DNA of 64,000 nucleotides from a virus: the IMG/VR virus record IMGVR_UViG_3300035661_000045, positions 1 through 64,000 of that record; one strand, 5' to 3'. The notes below the pieces were generated by a model. It worked only from the letters and a program-made list of their open reading frames with translations. It was not told the DNA's origin and searched no databases. A program made the translations under genes and the position numbers. Positions 38,301 through 49,174 of the stretch are shown here, piece by piece (the first letter of the stretch is position 1; each line of letters opens with the position of its first letter).

Positions 38301-41042
38301 ACTGGTAATAGTATTATAGTTCCCAAATATATCGTAGAGATCCATGGTAGTGACTTTGACGTTGACTCACTATTTATTATTGGTAGAGAATTTATCAAAG
38401 ATAAAAATGATAATATTTTAAATTATAAGAAAGTTGATGGCAAATGAGTGTTTAATTCTTTATCACAAGACGAAATTAATAATTTGTCTTATGGTGAAAA
38501 GATGAAATATTTCAAAAGTGTTATCACCAACTCTATATTAGATGCTACAGTTGATCCTACTAATACAGTAAGAATGCAATCTCCTATTACAACAAAACAA
38601 TTAAGCGATGTTAGACAAGAAATTTATAATGAAACTGGTACTAAAGCAACTAAAAAAGATTTAGATAATTCTGATTTTATGGAATCGTTTGAAGCTCATC
38701 AATCATCTCATAATGGTTCTGCTGGGACTGGTATTGTTGCCAGTGCGTTTAAAACAATTGCGTATGCTATACGAGCCGGAGAAAATAACGAGATTCCAAC
38801 TGTAAAAACTACTGGACAACAATTAATAATTGATGGAAAATTAATTAATAAATTATCAAATAAGTTGGAACTATATGAAGGACTTGATTCCTTGGTAAAT
38901 GCTGCTATTGATAATGTAAAACTTCAAGTACTTCCATTCTTTAATTTAAATTCAAATACATTTTCTACATTTATTGGAATGATGGCAATGGATGGTGTTG
39001 GTTTAAAATATGCAGCTAGAATGTCAAGGCAATTGTTCTTTAAACAAATAGCTGATTATAAATCACCAACTTCTAGAGATTTTGGATTTAAACAAACAAA
39101 TGTATTAATTGAAGAATTAAGACAATTAGTTGAAACTGAGAAATCATCTGAAGCTGATAGAGCTACTTATAAAGATTTGACATTGCAAGAACTTAAAGAT
39201 TCATTGAAGTTTGCAGTTGACAATAACTTGTCTTCATTATCAGAATATATAGCTGATTTAAGATCTGGTAAAATAGAATTATCTGAAGAGCATAAAGATT
39301 ATATTAATTCTCAAATAAAATTTATGGAATATTTTAAAACATTTAAAAAGATAGGTGGTGATTTAACATCATTATCTGGATATTTATCTATAATAAGAGA
39401 TATGCCTACAACACAACTTGAAATTGAAAAGAAGTTGGACGTTGAAAATGATATATTTGAAAAAGACGATAACGGAAATATGGTTTCTAAGGATAATTTT
39501 TCAATAGATCTTAAAAATTTATTTCAATCAGCACCTCATATTAAATCTGCATCTGAAGTATTACATCAATTAAACGATGTAAATAAGATGTATATATTTA
39601 AACATGGTCCAATAGTAGAATCACTTATAGATGATATTAAAACAAGTCCAGAGGCTGTTAATGAATCATTAAAACCAGATAGTGAATTAGAAGATCTTGA
39701 AAAATCAAATTCAAGTTCAATAAAGGGTGGAAAAGATTCAGAAATATCTATGAGAGATGAAGTTATTAGATTTTTAATGAATTGTGTTAATTGAGATCCA
39801 GATTTCAAAGGTTATGATTCTATACCAGATGCTAGAATAAAAGTTAACAACAAGGAGACTAAAGTTTCTGGTATTGATGCTTTTAAGAAAAACTTCGGTA
39901 AAAAAGTAGAAGCTATAATGAGTTATTTAGAATCTAATAACATTCAAAATAGGTTTATGAAGGAATTAGTTGGTACTGTAATGGCAAATACTATTATAGA
40001 TTGGAAAATGCCTCGTTCTGTTGAGTTTAAATCAGATGATATTATTCAATTAAAAGCTGAATTTGATAAATTAAGTCAATACGATGTTGTATTTGAAGAT
40101 GGTAAATACAAAGTAGTTCCTTCAGAAAATTTAGACTATAAAGAATGGCAAAAAGATTTTGTTAGATATGGAATATCAGTTAATGGAATGTCATTTGGTG
40201 CTACTAATTTTTCAATGGCACTTCCAGATGAATTATACAAACCAGTGTCTGATGGACTTGAAAATCTTATTAATAAAATAAAATCTGATAGTACTGTTTT
40301 GATGAGAAATAAATTAAATTTCTTTTATCAATATATAATGAATAATCCAGAAGTTATTAAACTAGCTTATTTAAAAAAGATAACATCTAATGGTAAATAT
40401 TCAGGATTTGCAGAAATAAATGGTCAAACTCATTTTTATGACATGCAACTTGAGTCTAAATCCGAAAATGATAAATCTAATTTATTAATAAGACAAATTA
40501 ATAACAATGGAAAATCATTTATATATAAACTAATTGGAGTTAATAATGGTTCACTTTATTATGTAAAATTAGGTGCTGAAAATCCATCAAACTTTTATAA
40601 TATGTCAGAAAATTTATTTTTTAGTGCTAATGGTGATTTTTATATTAATACAAAAATTCCTTCATTAGCTGTAATAAATAATAATGATAAGGAATTTAAG
40701 CTTGAAGGTAAGAATGGAAAAGAAAATGATCTATTATCAATGCTTAAAGCCAAATATGATAAAAATCCTTTTATTATTGCAGTACATAATTATACAGATG
40801 TAATGAGAACTGGTTCTAAAGAAGTTGTTGTTGAAATTAAAGGCAATAAACTTGTTGTCGTTGATGATAAAGTATATAAATCTACTGTTGAAGAAAAAAC
40901 AAATGAAATTAATGATAATTCATTTGAATCAAACAAAGACAATATTCTAAATAAATTCGCTGAAGAAACTCAAGAATCTTGAGATGCTAAAAGTGATGAA
41001 ATTAAATCTGAATTAATTAGACAAATTAACGAGGGTTGTTAA
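26385..41042 (+). CDS. giant virion RNA polymerase polyprotein (~4885 aa, 11 TGA=Trp) with SF1 helicase and zincin modules
   Basis: Eight track ORFs share one frame and are separated only by TGA. Motifs: GIAGTGKTT (30450), FDE, GDPNQ, RHEAFH (34029), DGQGF, RIP, and catalytic GSDFDVD (38346-38366). Confidence 0.88.
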
Positions 41043-41057
41043 TCAATAAAAATAAAT

Positions 41058-44000
41058 ATGGCAAATTGCATAAATATTAATAATCCAGAGTTCCTCGAAA
41101 TGATGAGGGACTCTGGTCTTTCGAGAGCAGAATTATCTGCTCGTATGGGTATTTGGATGAGAAATAACAATTCTGAAAATTGACCAACATTAGAACAATT
41201 AAACTTAAAGAAGTCCGATGATAATAAACCGTCAAATATTTTTCAAAAATTAATTGTATCGTCTAAGAATGCAAAAGATTCAATTTCTAGAGTTATTGAT
41301 TTATTAGCTAAATCTTCTAAAAGAGATGATTTAATTCTAAGAGAAATGTCTAAGAGATTATTTAATAACACATCTTATCAAATACTTAGTTCTGGAGAAT
41401 TAAAAGAAAAATTTAATGATTTTAATAAGAATGATATTTCTTTTTATGATGCTTCATCAAATACAATATTTATCAATTCAGATAATAAATTAAATTCAGA
41501 TGATAAAGAATTTTCAAACACCATGATGCATGAGATTATACATGCAGCAACAGTACAAAAAATTAAACAATTATCCGATAAAATAGTAAATAAAACTGCA
41601 ACAAAGCAAGATGTTGAATTAAATGATGAATTAAATAAAATTTATTTATTAGCCAAATCAAATCTTCAAGAAAATTTTCCACAGTATTTTCAAGAAAAAA
41701 ATTCATTACAAGAATTTGTTGCTGGAACTTTAGACCATGAATTTTTAAATGAATTAAATAAAATTAAATATGATGAAAATACAAATTTATCATTAAAAGA
41801 TAGAATTTTATCAGTTATTAAACAAGTTCTTGGAATTAATGATAGGACTCTTGCTTCTGGTGCTTTTAATGCTTTATTTAACCTAGCTGAATATAAAAAT
41901 AATGAAGAATTTAATCCATCAGAAGAAATATTTAAACGTACTGAAGGTGTAGATGAATTAAGTAAAGAAACACAAGAAATCATAAATAAAAATGAAGGTC
42001 TTGAAGTTGAAATGGTTACCAATGAAGCTGGTTTGCAAGTCCAAGGTGAACATTATATTAACTCTGAGGGCAAACTATTCAATCGTATTACTTATGGCGC
42101 TAAATCACTCTTAAAAGCGTTTCTTCCATATACATTCAAGCAGAATAATGATTATGCTAAATCTGAAGCTGATAGACGGTGGGGTGACTATGATCATGAT
42201 ACTAAATTATCTATAGATGGAAAATTATATACATATGATGAATATTTAGAAAATCTTAGAGCAATAAATAACCGAGGAACTGCAAAGGGTAATATTATTC
42301 ACTCATTAAATGAATTAATAAATGCAACAACAGCAGAAAATATAAGTAGATTAAAAGCTAAAATTTATTCTATTGAAGAAGACAATGGCATAACACATGG
42401 AAATTATAATTGGTTTACTAAAAGTATTAAACAAATATATGAAACACTTGGAATAAATAAATTCAATGATAATATTCCAGAGGAACTTAAAGATAAAGTT
42501 GTTTGTGAGATTCCGATATCAAGTGATTTGCTTGGATATGCTGGATCTATAGATATGTTGGTTGAACATCCTGAAAAGATAAAGAATTATCTTGGAGAAG
42601 ATATTGGTAATATGCTAAGTATTTATGATTTAAAATCAGGATATTCTGTATTAAATAAACTTGGCAGTGCTATACTTAAATATGGAGAACAGAGCAAATA
42701 TATTAACAATAGTCCAATGGATATGGCAAAACTTCAAGTTATGCTATATGCATTTATGATTAAACTTGAAAACCCTAATCAGCAATTTAGAACACTTCAA
42801 GTTGTTTCTGTAGCAAATGAATATGAAGCTACAAATAAACATAATGATTCAATAGTAGAGACTGATGCTTATCTTGGAATGTTAGAACAATTCTTTAAAG
42901 ATAAGAAATTAATGAAAGATTTAGAGATGGAAGATAATATTTATTCAAAAATGTTATCTAAATCACCTGATTTATTTAATGAAAGTCATTATCGTCACAT
43001 ACAATTTGAAAAATCTGATATTGCAACAGTAGAAGAAATTAATACCAAAATATCCTGTTTACAACAGTCACTTCATGAAATAGGAATATCTGGTAATCTA
43101 ATAAAAGAATATGAGATTGAGGAAAAACTTATTGAATTAAATAAGCAAAAATTAGAATTAGAAAGTGATTTTAATCAAATACCATTCGATCAAAATAAAG
43201 CTAATAGAACTTCATTTATTGCAAGATGGTTAGGTGGTATTAAAGACTCAAATAATCCATTGGTTATTTCTTTTAGACGAGCATGAGAAGCCGCAGAACT
43301 TAAAGTTACTAGAAAACAACTAACAGCAGCAGATAAGATTGGAAATGAGATGAAGGCACTTAGAGATGAATATTATCAATCTAAGGGTATAGTAAAATCT
43401 ATAGAAGGTGATAATCTTGATATGTATAAACCAATTCTTAAAGAATCTTTTGTTGAAAATGTTGGAGATGTAGAAAGACTTGTTTTAGAGTCCGATGATG
43501 AATGGAAGAATTTAACTCAAGTTCAAAAAAACTTCATACTAAAGCATGAAGAAGTTATGCAAAGTATATTTCTTGATAAAGATTCTTATATAAATAAGAC
43601 TGCTTCATATGATATAAACAATAAGCCTAAATCACATTTAGCACTTCAAAGTCCAGATTTTAAATATTATCCAGGATTTTTTGCCAAAATACAACCATCA
43701 AAATTAGATTTACAACGTAGAATGGGTGATGGTAGTGTTAGTGCTGCTTTATTAAATCCAAAATATCATAAATCTATGTTAGCGAATGCATTATCATTTA
43801 ATAATGAGAATATATTTGATAAATATAATGATGATAAAATTGCAATACCAATTAAATATCTGGGCTCTAAAGAATGAGATGCTAAAAGATATTATTCATC
43901 TGATATTGGAACTGCACTTATAAATTTCAATTCATGAATTGAATATAAGAAAGAAATGGATCCTATTTACGCTGCTGGAAAATCTATTACTTATCAATTA

Positions 44001-45566
44001 CAACGTGGTATTAAAAGAGATGGAGATAATCGTGATATTCAACGAGAAATTGATATTTTAAATGGATTTCTAAGAAAAAATGTTAGAGGTATATCTAATA
44101 CTGGTGAAGATTGGTTTGCTGGTAAACCACCTAAAATTATGACTAATCCATTAACTGGTCAACCCGTATATTTTTTACCACAAAAATTTATGTCTGGACT
44201 ATCTAATTGAGGAAGACAAACTACTATGTATTTAAAACCTTGAGGTGCTACTGGTAATATGGTTCAACAGCAATGATTACTCCATAGAAATGGATTAAAT
44301 TATTCATGAGCTAAACAATGGTTTGGCGATGAAAATACTCAAACTGATTATAGTTTAGCTGATGCAGCTAAAGGTGATTTAGCTTTTGCTGAAATAGCTA
44401 AAGATATGGTTTTAAACAATCTTCATAATAATAAAATATGAAGATTGATGGAAATGCATAATTATATTGATGGAAATTCAATGAAAGCCATTGAACGTAG
44501 GTCTAAAACTTTAAGAGAGAGAACTACTACAAGTGAAGCAATGATGATTCTTCATAGTACTGGTGAATTATTTTCATTAGTTACAACATATGTAGCTCAG
44601 TTAAATCATATGAAACTTAAAGATGGACGTTCATTTTTGGATGCATATGAAATTGATAAAAACAACGAAGTCGTTTGAACTGGTGGTTCTCGTGGAAAAA
44701 TAAAAATGCTAGATGGCTCTTATAAAGAATTAGAGGGACTTGACAGTAATGAGATTTCAAGATTCAAAAGAGTTCATGAAAAGATGCTTGGTAGTTATCG
44801 TTCTGACGAATTTTGTGGTCTTGAACTATATTCAATGGGTCAATTCTTTTTATCACTTAAAAAATATTTTCCAAGAATTGTATTAAATCTCACTGAGGGT
44901 AAAAAGACTGATTTTTATCTAGGTGAATATGCTAAGATTGGACAATATAATATAGATGGAAAAGATGAAGATATTTATGCATGAAAAGGTCGTGAAATAG
45001 AAGGTAAACTTAGATCTATGATGCATGCATTTTCAATTGCAGCATCATTTTCAACCTTTAGATTTGAAGATGCTAAACAAAAATGAGATCAACTTAATTT
45101 TGAGCAAAAGCGCAATATTCTAGAAGGAATGCAAACAACTGCTGAATGAGCTGCTCTCGCTGTTCTTTATTCGTTGATGTTTGGTAGTACTTCAGATGAC
45201 GATGCCCGTAAAAAATGATTTAAAATGTATATGTTGGATAATTTAGCTCAACAATATAATCCTATTGATCAGTTAAGAACATTGTCAAATGTATCTCCAG
45301 TAGGTCTTACAAAAGCATTTAAAGCAGGGGTTGGTATATCTACAATGGCTTTTGCTCTTATGGATTTAGGACTTGGTGACAAGAAAGATGCTTACACCCA
45401 AGAGGGTGATTTAAAAGGTTGGACTGAAGTTCAAAGATCTATTCCATACTATTCATCATATTATGATTTCTTTAAAAAATTAGATACTATATCTGGATCA
45501 ACTGATGGTCAAGAAGAGTCATGATTTGAAGGATGGGCTAATATGGATTACACAAAAACAAAATAG
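41058..45566 (+). CDS. large cargo/polyvalent protein (~1502 aa, 15 TGA=Trp) with zincin HExxH and PD-(D/E)xK-like domains
   Basis: Single frame from ATG 41058 to TAG 45566. HEIIH...EFVA at 41529; E.PISSD.LGYAGSID...IYDLKSG. Confidence 0.8.
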
Positions 45567-45599
45567 ATAGTCTAAATTTTTTTCGTGGATAATAAAAAC

Positions 45600-45633
45600 A
45601 ATAGGAGTATTCTTCACAGAGTACTCCTATTTT
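45600..45633. terminator. bidirectional terminator at the convergence of the two arms
   Basis: AATAGGAGTATTCT-tcac-AGAGTACTCCTATT, flanked by an A-run upstream and a T-run downstream. Confidence 0.85.
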
Positions 45634-45666
45634 CATTTAAATTATTATCATTATGAAATCACAAAT

Positions 45667-45933
45667 CTATTCTATATAATTATCTATTATTGCTTTTATT
45701 TCATTACCACTTTTAGTTCCAGAAAATCTATATACAATTTTATCATCATGTTCAAAAATCATTGTTGGAACTGTCATTATTCTTAATTTTCTTACTAAAT
45801 CAATTTCCTCTTCAACATTTACCGTATTATATATTACATTTGTGCTATATGATGATAGTATTTCATCCATTGTTTTTTGTAGTGTCTTACATGGTCTACA
45901 AAAATCTGCACTATATTTTGTTATTTTCAACAT
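45667..45933 (-). CDS. thioredoxin
   Basis: FCRPCK active site and cis-Pro VPT motif. Confidence 0.85.
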   Translation of the reverse strand: MLKITKYSADFCRPCKTLQKTMDEILSSYSTNVIYNTVNVEEEIDLVRKLRIMTVPTMIFEHDDKIVYRFSGTKSGNEIKAIIDNYIE

Positions 45934-46193
45934 TATTCTTGTATTTTAGTATATAATACTATTCCATTCTTATCTTTCATATCAATAATCTGTAATCCTA
46001 ATTTACTTGCACAATTTTTGCATGCATATTGTAAATCAAACATACCATTTTGAATTAATTGTATTGCAAATTGAATATGCTGAGGTGTAGTATTTTTAAT
46101 ATCACACAACTCAGAATATTCAACTATAAAATTACTTAATTCATCAATAGTTACATGTTGATTTGTAAATATTTTATTTATAAATTCTTTCAC
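45933..46193 (-). CDS. hypothetical protein
   Basis: 86-aa ORF in a tightly packed - strand operon. Confidence 0.6.
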   Translation of the reverse strand: MKEFINKIFTNQHVTIDELSNFIVEYSELCDIKNTTPQHIQFAIQLIQNGMFDLQYACKNCASKLGLQIIDMKDKNGIVLYTKIQE

Positions 46194-46200
46194 TATTATG

Positions 46201-46434
46201 CTAATTTTTTTTAATAGTCATTAATACTATAGACATATCTGTATCAACAAACATATCCCTATGTTCTTCAACAAATTGTCTTTTAGCCTCATCACCTAAT
46301 TCATCCCAGTCTTTACTAAAATGCCCTGGAACTTCAAATTCATAATTTTGTATAGAGCTAAACTCTAAGTTATCAAATTCAATTGATAATAAGAGTTTAG
46401 CTATATAACTTTTATTTTTACATGGATTATTCAT
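46201..46434 (-). CDS. hypothetical protein
   Basis: 77-aa ORF whose 5' end is duplicated upstream. Confidence 0.55.
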   Translation of the reverse strand: MNNPCKNKSYIAKLLLSIEFDNLEFSSIQNYEFEVPGHFSKDWDELGDEAKRQFVEEHRDMFVDTDMSIVLMTIKKN

Positions 46435-46782
46435 TATTAACTAATTTCCAGTATTTCTCAATAATAGTTCTTTCTGCTGATTCAACTCTATTTAATTCAT
46501 ATATTTCAGATAAATATTTATCATCTTCATTTTGAACAAATTGATTTGTTTCCCAAAATCCATATAATTCTTTATCTAATTTTGGATAATATTTTTCATT
46601 AAGTTCAACTATTGCTTTTGCATTAAATGCAGATCTGTGTCTATGTTCATACAACGTAAATTCTTTAAAAGCATAAATTAAATCATTGAATTTATAATGT
46701 TTTGAATTAAATTCTTTTCTTAATATTTTATTTATCATTATACCTTAGTTATATAACTTTTATTTTCACATGGATTATTCAT
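46397..46782. repeat. 38-bp direct repeat (46397-46434 and 46745-46782, 2 mismatches)
   Basis: TTAG[C/T]TATATAACTTTTATTTT[T/C]ACATGGATTATTCAT, twice, 348 bp apart. Confidence 0.85.
46427..46738 (-). CDS. hypothetical protein between direct repeats
   Basis: 103-aa ORF. Confidence 0.6.
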   Translation of the reverse strand: MINKILRKEFNSKHYKFNDLIYAFKEFTLYEHRHRSAFNAKAIVELNEKYYPKLDKELYGFWETNQFVQNEDDKYLSEIYELNRVESAERTIIEKYWKLVNNE

Positions 46783-46863
46783 CTTTTTCTATTGATCTGT
46801 AAAGTGCTTTTGCAAATAAAAATCCACTAGAAAATCCTAATAATAGTAACATTAATGTATCCA

Positions 46864-47121
46864 TTATGCTTTAGTTAATTTTGCAGCAAGCCCCATAGCT
46901 CCACAAGCAGTCAATATATATCCACATATTGTAAAAATAATTGATGGTACTCCAAATGATTGAACATTCCAAATTCCATCAATAGTTAATACTCCTCCAG
47001 CAGAACCACCTAAAATAAGTGAAAAGTTTAATATTTTCTGCCAGAATTCATTAATTTCAGAACTCCATCTGTCTTTTATCTGTTTGATAAATGTTTTTTT
47101 ATCTAATATTTCATTTGTCAT
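46864..47121 (-). CDS. two-TM membrane protein
   Basis: Two hydrophobic helices. Confidence 0.6.
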   Translation of the reverse strand: MTNEILDKKTFIKQIKDRWSSEINEFWQKILNFSLILGGSAGGVLTIDGIWNVQSFGVPSIIFTICGYILTACGAMGLAAKLTKA

Positions 47122-47726
47122 TTTATATATTTCTTTTTTAATATTAATGGATAATAATCAATATAACCTTTTTCTTGATTTCCCCAAGTACAAGAATATT
47201 GTTTAATAACTTCTTGTAATCTCTCTTTTTTTGATTTAGATTTATCGGTTCGATAATTATATGTCAACCAAGTTTCCCAATAGCAATTTTGTCGTATTTG
47301 GCTGTCACTGACTTGTTTATCTATCTTTGGTAATACACATACAAATAATTGCTTACCGAATACGACTAATGAATAACATGGAGCCCATTCAAATCTATAA
47401 TTATCCCACTTAGTTTTCCAGCCTAAAGTACATGAATTCCAACCAAAATATTTAATTGGAATAGGTTTTTTATAATTTTTATAATACTCCCATGTTCTAC
47501 CTTCAACATATTTAGGTAAACATTTTTTAATATCATTTTCTAATAATTTTTCACAATCAATTTTAGTCATTTTAACCCATTTTCTTGGTAGAAAATATGG
47601 TGTTCCATGTTTAATTTTACCAAAATACCATTTAAGTTTTAAACCCACAAATGGTGAGTTTAAAACTTTTATATAGCTCCAATTATATTGAACATTAGAA
47701 ATCCATTGTTTAATTTTTTTAAACAT
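47118..47726 (-). CDS. Trp-rich hypothetical protein
   Basis: 202 aa, all Trp encoded by TGG. Ends in TGA overlapping the next ATG. Confidence 0.65.
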   Translation of the reverse strand: MFKKIKQWISNVQYNWSYIKVLNSPFVGLKLKWYFGKIKHGTPYFLPRKWVKMTKIDCEKLLENDIKKCLPKYVEGRTWEYYKNYKKPIPIKYFGWNSCTLGWKTKWDNYRFEWAPCYSLVVFGKQLFVCVLPKIDKQVSDSQIRQNCYWETWLTYNYRTDKSKSKKERLQEVIKQYSCTWGNQEKGYIDYYPLILKKKYIK

Positions 47727-48075
47727 CTTGTTCTATTTTAAATCTATCATCCAATTCTGGATAATTTTCTTCCATATATATAGCTACAAGTAAATTCCAA
47801 GCCATGTGTTTTAAATGTGAAAGTCCAGATTCTTCATCTAAATCGTTTTGTCTTGGATCCGTATATGAATCAAGATGTCTCATTGCTGAATCATAATATT
47901 GATTAAAACTACCTCCTTTTAAGAAATTATATGTAGAATATTTACCTTCGCCATATTGAGCCACTTGGGCTAATGGTCTCATTAGAAATATTGGAAAATT
48001 TCTCCATCTTAATTTACCATCATTAAATCTATCTGCTAATTTTGGTTTAGCAACAAACATTTTTTTATCTTCCAT
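47719..48075 (-). CDS. dATP/dGTP diphosphohydrolase-domain protein (DUF5664-like)
   Basis: GKLRW, YGEGKY..NF.KG, SAMRHL, DEESGLSHL.H.AWN. Confidence 0.8.
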   Translation of the reverse strand: MEDKKMFVAKPKLADRFNDGKLRWRNFPIFLMRPLAQVAQYGEGKYSTYNFLKGGSFNQYYDSAMRHLDSYTDPRQNDLDEESGLSHLKHMAWNLLVAIYMEENYPELDDRFKIEQDV

Positions 48076-48102
48076 TATTAGAATAATTTATCTAAATTTC
48101 TT

Positions 48103-48405
48103 TTACAATCTATCATCATCTTTTATTCTTAATCCATACATCATATCAAACCATTGCCATTCTCTTTCAAGTAATTTCTTACTTCTTCTTGGAGATACAT
48201 CATTTTGAAGAAAATCTATAAACCATTTTTTATACTCATTAGATTCTTTTTGAGTCCAAGTGTAATATGAGCACCATAATTTACCTTCTATTTTTTGATT
48301 ATCCATAATATAATCATAATCAACTCCATATTTTTCAAGCATTTTATCAATTAATTTTCTAGGTATTTTTGGATCTCCTATTCTTAATTTTTTAATTTTA
48401 GCCAT
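48103..48405 (-). CDS. hypothetical protein
   Basis: 100-aa ORF. Confidence 0.6.
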   Translation of the reverse strand: MAKIKKLRIGDPKIPRKLIDKMLEKYGVDYDYIMDNQKIEGKLWCSYYTWTQKESNEYKKWFIDFLQNDVSPRRSKKLLEREWQWFDMMYGLRIKDDDRL

Positions 48406-48593
48406 TTTCTATATTTTTATTTAAAATATCAATTGCTTCATTTTGGTATATTATTAATTAAACAATAATCTTCCCACATAAAATATAAATCATTCATATT
48501 TATTTGTTTTTGTAATTATGCTTTATTATTATATATCCAAGAGCAGCTCCAACTATAAATGAAAATATAAATGTTATTAGGTATATAAACATA

Positions 48594-48989
48594 TTACACT
48601 TCTTTTAAAACAATTTCTTTATATTGTTGATTACAAATCTTAATTAATTCTGGATCATTAAATGAATATCTATCTGGAATATCTAATATGAATATTTTAT
48701 CCTCATCAATTTTCATTTCAGCCAAATCGAATGCAACCGATCTATAATTTGCTTTATTAACAAAAACTATTTCATCAGCCCATAATAATAATGCTTCACT
48801 TATCGGAATAAGCGCATAGCTCTCTTCTGTGCCACAATTTCTAACATTATAGCCATACTCACGTATAAGCATATTCTGTAGTGTGGCAGACCTTAAAAGA
48901 CCTGCCGAACATACACAAAGAACTTTCTTGGTATTACCTTGAAATTCATTGTGTATGTTATATAATTGATTTCTATTTCCTAAAATCAT
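48594..48989 (-). CDS. low-molecular-weight protein tyrosine phosphatase-like protein
   Basis: VLCVCSAGLLRS (Cx5R) P-loop, WADEI, LDIPD. Confidence 0.8.
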   Translation of the reverse strand: MILGNRNQLYNIHNEFQGNTKKVLCVCSAGLLRSATLQNMLIREYGYNVRNCGTEESYALIPISEALLLWADEIVFVNKANYRSVAFDLAEMKIDEDKIFILDIPDRYSFNDPELIKICNQQYKEIVLKEV

Positions 48990-49174
48990 TTTATTCTAAT
49001 TATTTTTCTTTTTAATTCACAAGTTGAAATATCTTTATGTTCATAATATGAAAATAGTAACCATTGTTTTTTATACCACCATTTACCAATTGTTCTTAAT
49101 TTTGCTTTTTGGAATGTTGGTAATATAAATCCTGGTAAACTAAATGAGTTTAAGTTAACTATTTTGGATTTCAT
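48986..49174 (-). CDS. hypothetical protein
   Basis: 62-aa ORF overlapping both neighbours. Confidence 0.45.
   Translation of the reverse strand: MKSKIVNLNSFSLPGFILPTFQKAKLRTIGKWWYKKQWLLFSYYEHKDISTCELKRKIIRIK

Noticed and set aside
29531-42022. Numerous - strand ORFs opposite the giant genes (e.g. 31229-31864), and similar shadow ORFs elsewhere
   Set aside because: They are Ser/Leu/Phe-rich antisense shadows of Lys/Glu/Asp-rich coding frames, with no motifs.
17936-45566. Apparent pseudogenes or fragmented ORFs across the tail and cargo region
   Set aside because: Within each gene all fragments are in one frame and separated only by TGA, with no frameshifts. This indicates recoding, not decay.
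304-45566. TGA as Gly (code 25) or selenocysteine
   Set aside because: TGA contexts match Trp positions in recognisable motifs and are not catalytic Cys sites. The promoters point to a Bacteroidota host.
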